NCBI GenBank assembly: GCA_002269645.1
Contig: NIVC01001338.1
Span: 124,001 to 188,000, forward strand
Direction of reading: 5' to 3'
Length of the DNA: 64,000 bases
DNA from: Macrostomum lignano
Taxonomy: Eukaryota
Position 1 is the first letter of the stretch, and each line of letters starts with the position of its first letter. Below, one piece after another: positions 57,619-64,000 of this stretch. The notes beneath the pieces are model-generated. The model saw only the letters and a program-made list of their open reading frames with translations, ran no database searches and was not told the origin of the DNA. Both the position numbers and the translations under genes were made by a program.

Positions 57619-60600
57619 TCACAGCTCGCTAACCACCAGCATCTGCGCCTCTTCCTGACACTCTTCGATGTCTTCATCGCAGCTCTGCTGCTTGTTCGGC
57701 TGCGATGGAGTCTGGCTGCAGCCGATGGTGGTGCCGCCAGCCGCGGAGAACAGGTCCAAGTCGATATCAGCGTCCTCTCCGTCATCCAGCTTGGCTTCTT
57801 CAGGCTTTTTATTAGCGTTTGACTGTCGGCCCTGAGTCCCGGCGCCGCAGCAGATGAAGCTGACGGCCAGCTTCACCTGCCCTCTAAAGTGCTCGTTGAG
57901 CCCCAAGTAGATGAAGAAGTTCAAGTTGAGGCAGAGCAGGTAGATGAGCTCGCAGATCGGGTGGAGCCGGCGGTGGGTTGGGCAGCAGATCCACAGGAAG
58001 GCGCTGCCGCAGGGGCAGCCGTTGTACAGCAGCGAGAAGACCTCCTTGAACAGCAGGGACCGGGGCACCTGGCCGCACAGGAACACGAAAATCACGGCTA
58101 TGAGCAGGATGGTGAGGTTGCGCTGCGCTTGCAGGCGCTGCTGCGTCGCCTGCAGAAGGGAGAAAATGCGGGGCATTTAATACAACACAGCATGCGGTGA
58201 CATTGTCCCGCAGACAGCGGCCCGTTGACTATCTAATTGTCAGACATGAACATTTTAATGTAGCGCCGCAGGCACTCATTTTAGCGCTGCAGGCACTCAT
58301 TTTGGAGCCACAGGCACTCATTTTAGCGCTGCAGGCACTCATTTTGGAGCCACAGGCACTCATTTTAGCGCTACAGGCACTCATTTTGGAGCCACAGGCA
58401 CTCATTTTAGCGCTGCAGGCACTCATTTTAGCGCCGCAGGCACTCATTTTAGCGCTGCAGGCACTCATTTTAGCGCTGCAAGCACTCATTTTAGCGCCGC
58501 AGGCACTCATTTTAGCGCCACAGGCACTCATTTTAGCGCTGCAGGCACTCATTTTGGCGCCGCAGGCACTCATTTTGGCGCCGCAGGCACTCATTTTAGC
58601 GCCGCAGGCACTCATTTTAGCGCCGCGGGCACTCATTTTAGCTCCGCAGGTGCTGTATTTTAGCGCCCTTAAACTAAATTACTGATTCTCACAACGAGTC
58701 GCAAGGTGGGGTGGGGGCACAAAGCATTGACATGTCCCCTTATAACTTTTACTGGGGGGGGGGACATGTCCCCCTTGTCCGCCCCCCCCCGGTGGCGACG
58801 CCCCTGGGCATGAACACTCTCTGGCCCCATCCAACAACCAGGCGAAAGTTAGCGATGAAGTTGTCCTAAAGAGAATTTTTTTATTTTTCATATTCAAATG
58901 TAGACGTAGCAAACAGGCCAAGCGCTCAGTGACGTCATAGGACGTCACGAATCAGCTGATTGACGCCTGTGTAGCAGCTGCGGAGAGTCTCATGAGTCTT
59001 ATATAATGAAAGAATTTAGTCATGGACAAATAAAAGCAGAAAGACGCTGCTAGCAAATACAGAATCCAGATCTGTGTTTGGTCCCAAGCTGATATTTAAC
59101 AAGAAAAGTAAAAAAAAGTTTCAAAAGTACAAACTTAGACACGCGGACAAGCGAAGGTTCGGGTGTAGTGTACTTTTTACGGACGGGCTTTTCCCGACTG
59201 AGTTTGTCTGTGGCAAAACCCCCTTCTGGACAGCCGAATTGCAGATAAGCAAGTGGCTGTTGTACACGAGTTAGGAATGCTGAGATGTGAACTGCCAACT
59301 ACAAAACTGGAAGACTTCCCATCTTGCTAGCCTACTCAATCTTTCTTGACAAAAATTTCTTTTAGCTAATTGAAAAGCTCTAAGGTTTCGGTTGCTCCGT
59401 GTGGCTTCAGAAGTTTCAGGAGTGCTAGTATAAGAAAGAGATTTTGATTACTTAAGTTATGATTGACTATTTTGGTTATTTTTCTTTTTAAAATCGATTT
59501 TCAAGAAGAACCCAGGGCCGTCGCCATAGATTTTATGGTGGGGGGGGACAAAGCCAAAAATTATACATGTACATGACTAAATTCCTACATGTACATTATT
59601 TTCAGAATCGGTGTTGTCAGCACTCATTTTAGCGCCGAAGGCACTCATTTTAGCGCCGCAGGTACTCACTTTAGCGCCGCAGGTACTCACTTTAGCGCCT
59701 CAGGTAATCATTTTAGCGCCGCAGGAACTCACTTTAGCGCCTCAGGCACTCATTTTAGCGCCCGCAGACACTCATTTTAGCGCTGCAGGCACTCATTTTA
59801 GCGCCACAGGCACTCATTTTAGCGCCGCAGGCACTCATTCTGGCGCCGCAGGTACTCACTTTAGCGCCGCAGGTACTCACTTTAGCGCCTCGGGCACTCA
59901 TTTTAGCGCCGCAGGCACTCATTTTGGCGCCGAAGGCACTCATTTTAGCGCCGAAGGCACTCATTTTAGCGCCGCAGGCACTCATTCTGGCGCCGCAGGT
60001 ACTCACTTTAGCGCCGCAGGTACTCACTTTAGCGCCGCAGGTACTCACTTTAGCGCCTCAGGCACTCATTTTAGCGCCGCAGGCACTCATTTTGGCGCCG
60101 AAGGCACTCATTTTAGCGCCGAAGGCACTCATTTTAGCGCCGAAGGCACTCATTTTAGCGCTGCAGGCCCTCATTTTAGCGCCGCAGACACTCATTTTAG
60201 CGCCGAAGGCACTTATTTTAGCGCCTCAGGCACTCATTTTAGCGCCGAAGGCACTCATTTTAGCGCCGCAGGCACTCATTTAGGCGCCGCAGGCACTCAT
60301 TTTAGCGCCGCAGGCACTCATTTTAGCGCCGAAGGCACTCATTTTAGCGCCGCGGGCACTCATTTTAGCGCCGCAGGCACTCATTTTAGCGCCTCAGGCA
60401 CTCATTTTAGCGCCGCAGGCACTCATTTTGGCGCCGAAGGCACTCATTTTAGCGCCCGCAGGCACTCATTTTAGCGCCGAAGGCACTCATTTTAGCGCCG
60501 CAGGCACTCATTTTAGCGCCGCAGGCACTCATTTTAGCGCCGAAGGCACTCATTTTAGCGCCGAAGGCACTCATTTTAGCGCCTCAGGCACTCATTTTAG

Positions 60601-61812
60601 CGCCGCAGGCACTCATTTTGGCGCCGAAGGCACTCATTTTAGCGCCGAAGGCACTCATTTTAGCGCCGAAGGCACTCATTTTAGCGCTGCAGGCCCTCAT
60701 TTTAGCGCCGCAGACACTCATTTTAGCGCCGAAGGCACTTATTTTAGCGCCGAAGGCACTCATTTTAGCGCCGCAGGCACTCATTTAGGCGCCGCAGGCA
60801 CTCATTTTAGCGCCGCAGGCACTCATTTTAGCGCCGAAGGCACTCATTTTAGCGCCGCGGGCACTCATTTTAGCGCCGCAGGCACTCATTTTAGCGCCTC
60901 AGGCACTCATTTTAGCGCCGCAGGCACTCATTTTGGCGCCGAAGGCACTCATTTTAGCGCCCGCAGGCACTCATTTTAGCGCCGAAGGCACTCATTTTAG
61001 CGCCGCAGGCACTCATTTTAGCGCCGCAGGCACTCATTTTAGCGCCGAAGGCACTCATTTTAGCGCCGAAGGCACTCATTTTAGCGCCGAAGTCACTCAT
61101 TTTAGCGCCGAAGGCACTCATTTTAGCGCCGAAGGCACGGTGTTTTGTCACCCTGCAGCAAAATTATTGATTTCCATAACGGGTCATGTAGCATTGGCAT
61201 GTCCCACGCCCAGGTCTTTTGCATTTGCCTACACAGTTTACAGTGCGGCTCACCTGGATGATTTTGGTCGCCCTGGCAGAGTAGCCGGTATTTTTCCGCC
61301 TGAGATTCTTGCGTCGGAGGCTGAGCACCTGGACAAGCAATACCGAGTTGGTCACGGCCAGCAGCAGGGCGGGCAGCAGCGATGAAGCCACCAGCTTCAC
61401 GATGGAGTAGCCAGAGTACAGGCTGGACTTTCCAAACTCCGTAGACACGATGGTCCGCGTCAGCCTGGCCGTATCATTGTCACCGTCGTGATCGACCACC
61501 AGCAGGTCGGCTGTGCGCAGAGCGAAGGAGTTCGGCAGGTTCAGAATCACGCTGGCGACGCATACGACAGTCACCACGACGATCACGGTGGCGGCAGCGG
61601 AGCCATGGCAACGGTTGCTGGCTCGGTGCAGCTGGCAGGAGCGCATCGCCAGGTAGCGCTCGATGCCGACCACGACGGAGAGCCAGGCGCAGACAGTCTG
61701 CAGAGTGAAGTTCAGCGTGCTGGTGAAGTACACGCTGGCCGCGCTCAGGTAGTAACGGAATTGCAAGTAGGGCAGCCAGGAGCAGGGGAACTCGCTGCTG
61801 TGCGCCTCGCAC
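57619..61812 (-). CDS. Rhodopsin-class (class A) peptide-type GPCR, TM3-TM7 exons; TM1-2 exons not found in the window
   Basis: Exons 61812-61254 (CCGCAG acceptor, CAG|GTGAGC donor) and 58149-57619 (CTGCAG acceptor). Motifs AWLSVVVGIERYLA, ILNLP, LLPALLLAVTNSVL, LTILLIAVIFVFLCGQVP, LNLNFFIYLGLNEHFR; FMRFamide/sex-peptide-receptor-like pattern. Confidence 0.9.
58255..58660. repeat. Intronic 21-bp minisatellite (GCAGGCACTCATTTTAGCGCC)n, block 1
   Basis: About 19 copies. Confidence 0.96.
59610..61140. repeat. Intronic 21-bp minisatellite, block 2, with a 505-bp higher-order duplication
   Basis: Same unit as block 1; the 1-bp insertion variant AGCGCCCGCAG recurs at offset 505. Confidence 0.97.
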
Positions 61813-61834
61813 CTGCGGGGAGAGGTTTGGGTGT

Positions 61835-61957
<123 letters not shown>

Positions 61958-62311
61958 AGTCGTTTTTTCAATGTTACTAAAACACATTTAATGTCTTATT
62001 TTCAGTCGCAATTTCCTTGTCCTGTCTCTATACTCGACAATTGCAGAACGGGTACTAATCTGCACTCCAGCTTGATGGATTAAGTCTGACTCCCAGTGTC
62101 AGGCTGCAGTTGCAGGGCAATTAATTTAGCACTGAATGCCCTTCTGCTTCTATAGAAATTTTCCCCATTCATATTTTACTCTTCTTGACGCTGGAGGCAG
62201 AGAAATTTCAAGAAACCGGCGCATTTCCATTATTCTGCTGCAGTTCATCTGATTGAATGAGCTGTTTAATCAGTTTGAGAGCGTTTTGAATGATTTTATT
62301 ATCTTGATTTT

Positions 62312-63513
<1,202 letters not shown>

Positions 63514-64000
63514 AATCAATATCTCAATCTCCGTCAAGAACAATTATTGAATTTGAGCTATGTTAATTTATTTATTTATCTGTCAATTTGTGATGCAATC
63601 ATATATCTTCTGATTACAGCTAGTAACAGCTAGCATCGAGGAGTTGCAGAACCACTTCAGCAGCCCAGCTTCCTGACTGACAATGTCCCGATGCTGCATC
63701 AGAGAAGAAGCAATACCGCAAGCAGTTGAGGTGCAAATATATAATTTTTTGCTAAACAACAAAATCTCAGCTACTCCAGCCTCTCTTATCGCTCAGCCCC
63801 ATCCTCCTCCCCCATTCCAAGCCGATAAACAGCAGGGAGCCTCTGGTGAGCAAATATTTGAGATTTCCGCTTGGCTCCAAATCAGCAGAGCTTCGCGGAG
63901 ATCTCATTCTCAGCCATGAGACTCTCTCAGCTGACGGAAATTCTGGAAAGCTCGGGCTCATATTCTGTGTACTAATATGGCTCTGCCCATCAGGCGTGGG

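Noticed and set aside
63600-64000. TM1-TM2 exon of the GPCR
   Set aside because: No minus-strand frame gives hydrophobic helices with GN or LAxxD motifs; the 5' exons probably lie beyond the window.

Overview
Eukaryotic (animal) genomic DNA with GC-rich spliced exons embedded in very dense mini- and microsatellites. The architecture suggests a free-living flatworm such as Macrostomum, but that is inference, not a database result. Protein-coding content I can support: the 3' exons of a single-pass protein with a fibronectin type II-like domain; a calmodulin-like protein with a disrupted fourth EF-hand; a secreted PAN-like plus ALK/LTK-type glycine-rich protein (minus strand); a small type I membrane protein; an intronless KCNE-like single-pass protein; SDF2/SDF2L1; an intronless MIEAP-like protein with an N-myristoylation motif; LPGAT1; three tandem omega-class GSTs; and the 3' two exons of a rhodopsin-class peptide GPCR (minus strand). 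Mobile and repeat content: tRNA-derived SINEs (one with a 14-bp TSD, one CORE-like family), a probable solo LTR, MITE/foldback elements, a 662-bp tandem repeat and about 25 satellite arrays, mostly intronic. Most long ORFs in the supplied track are read-throughs of stop-free satellites. I see no CRISPR array, rRNA or convincing functional tRNA. The best leads are the GST-omega triad (181-bp conversion tract, fully open intron, putative mitochondrial paralog, possible spliced-leader-donated start codon), the KCNE-like and FN2-like proteins, and signs that intronic minisatellites grow out of transposon subterminal repeats.
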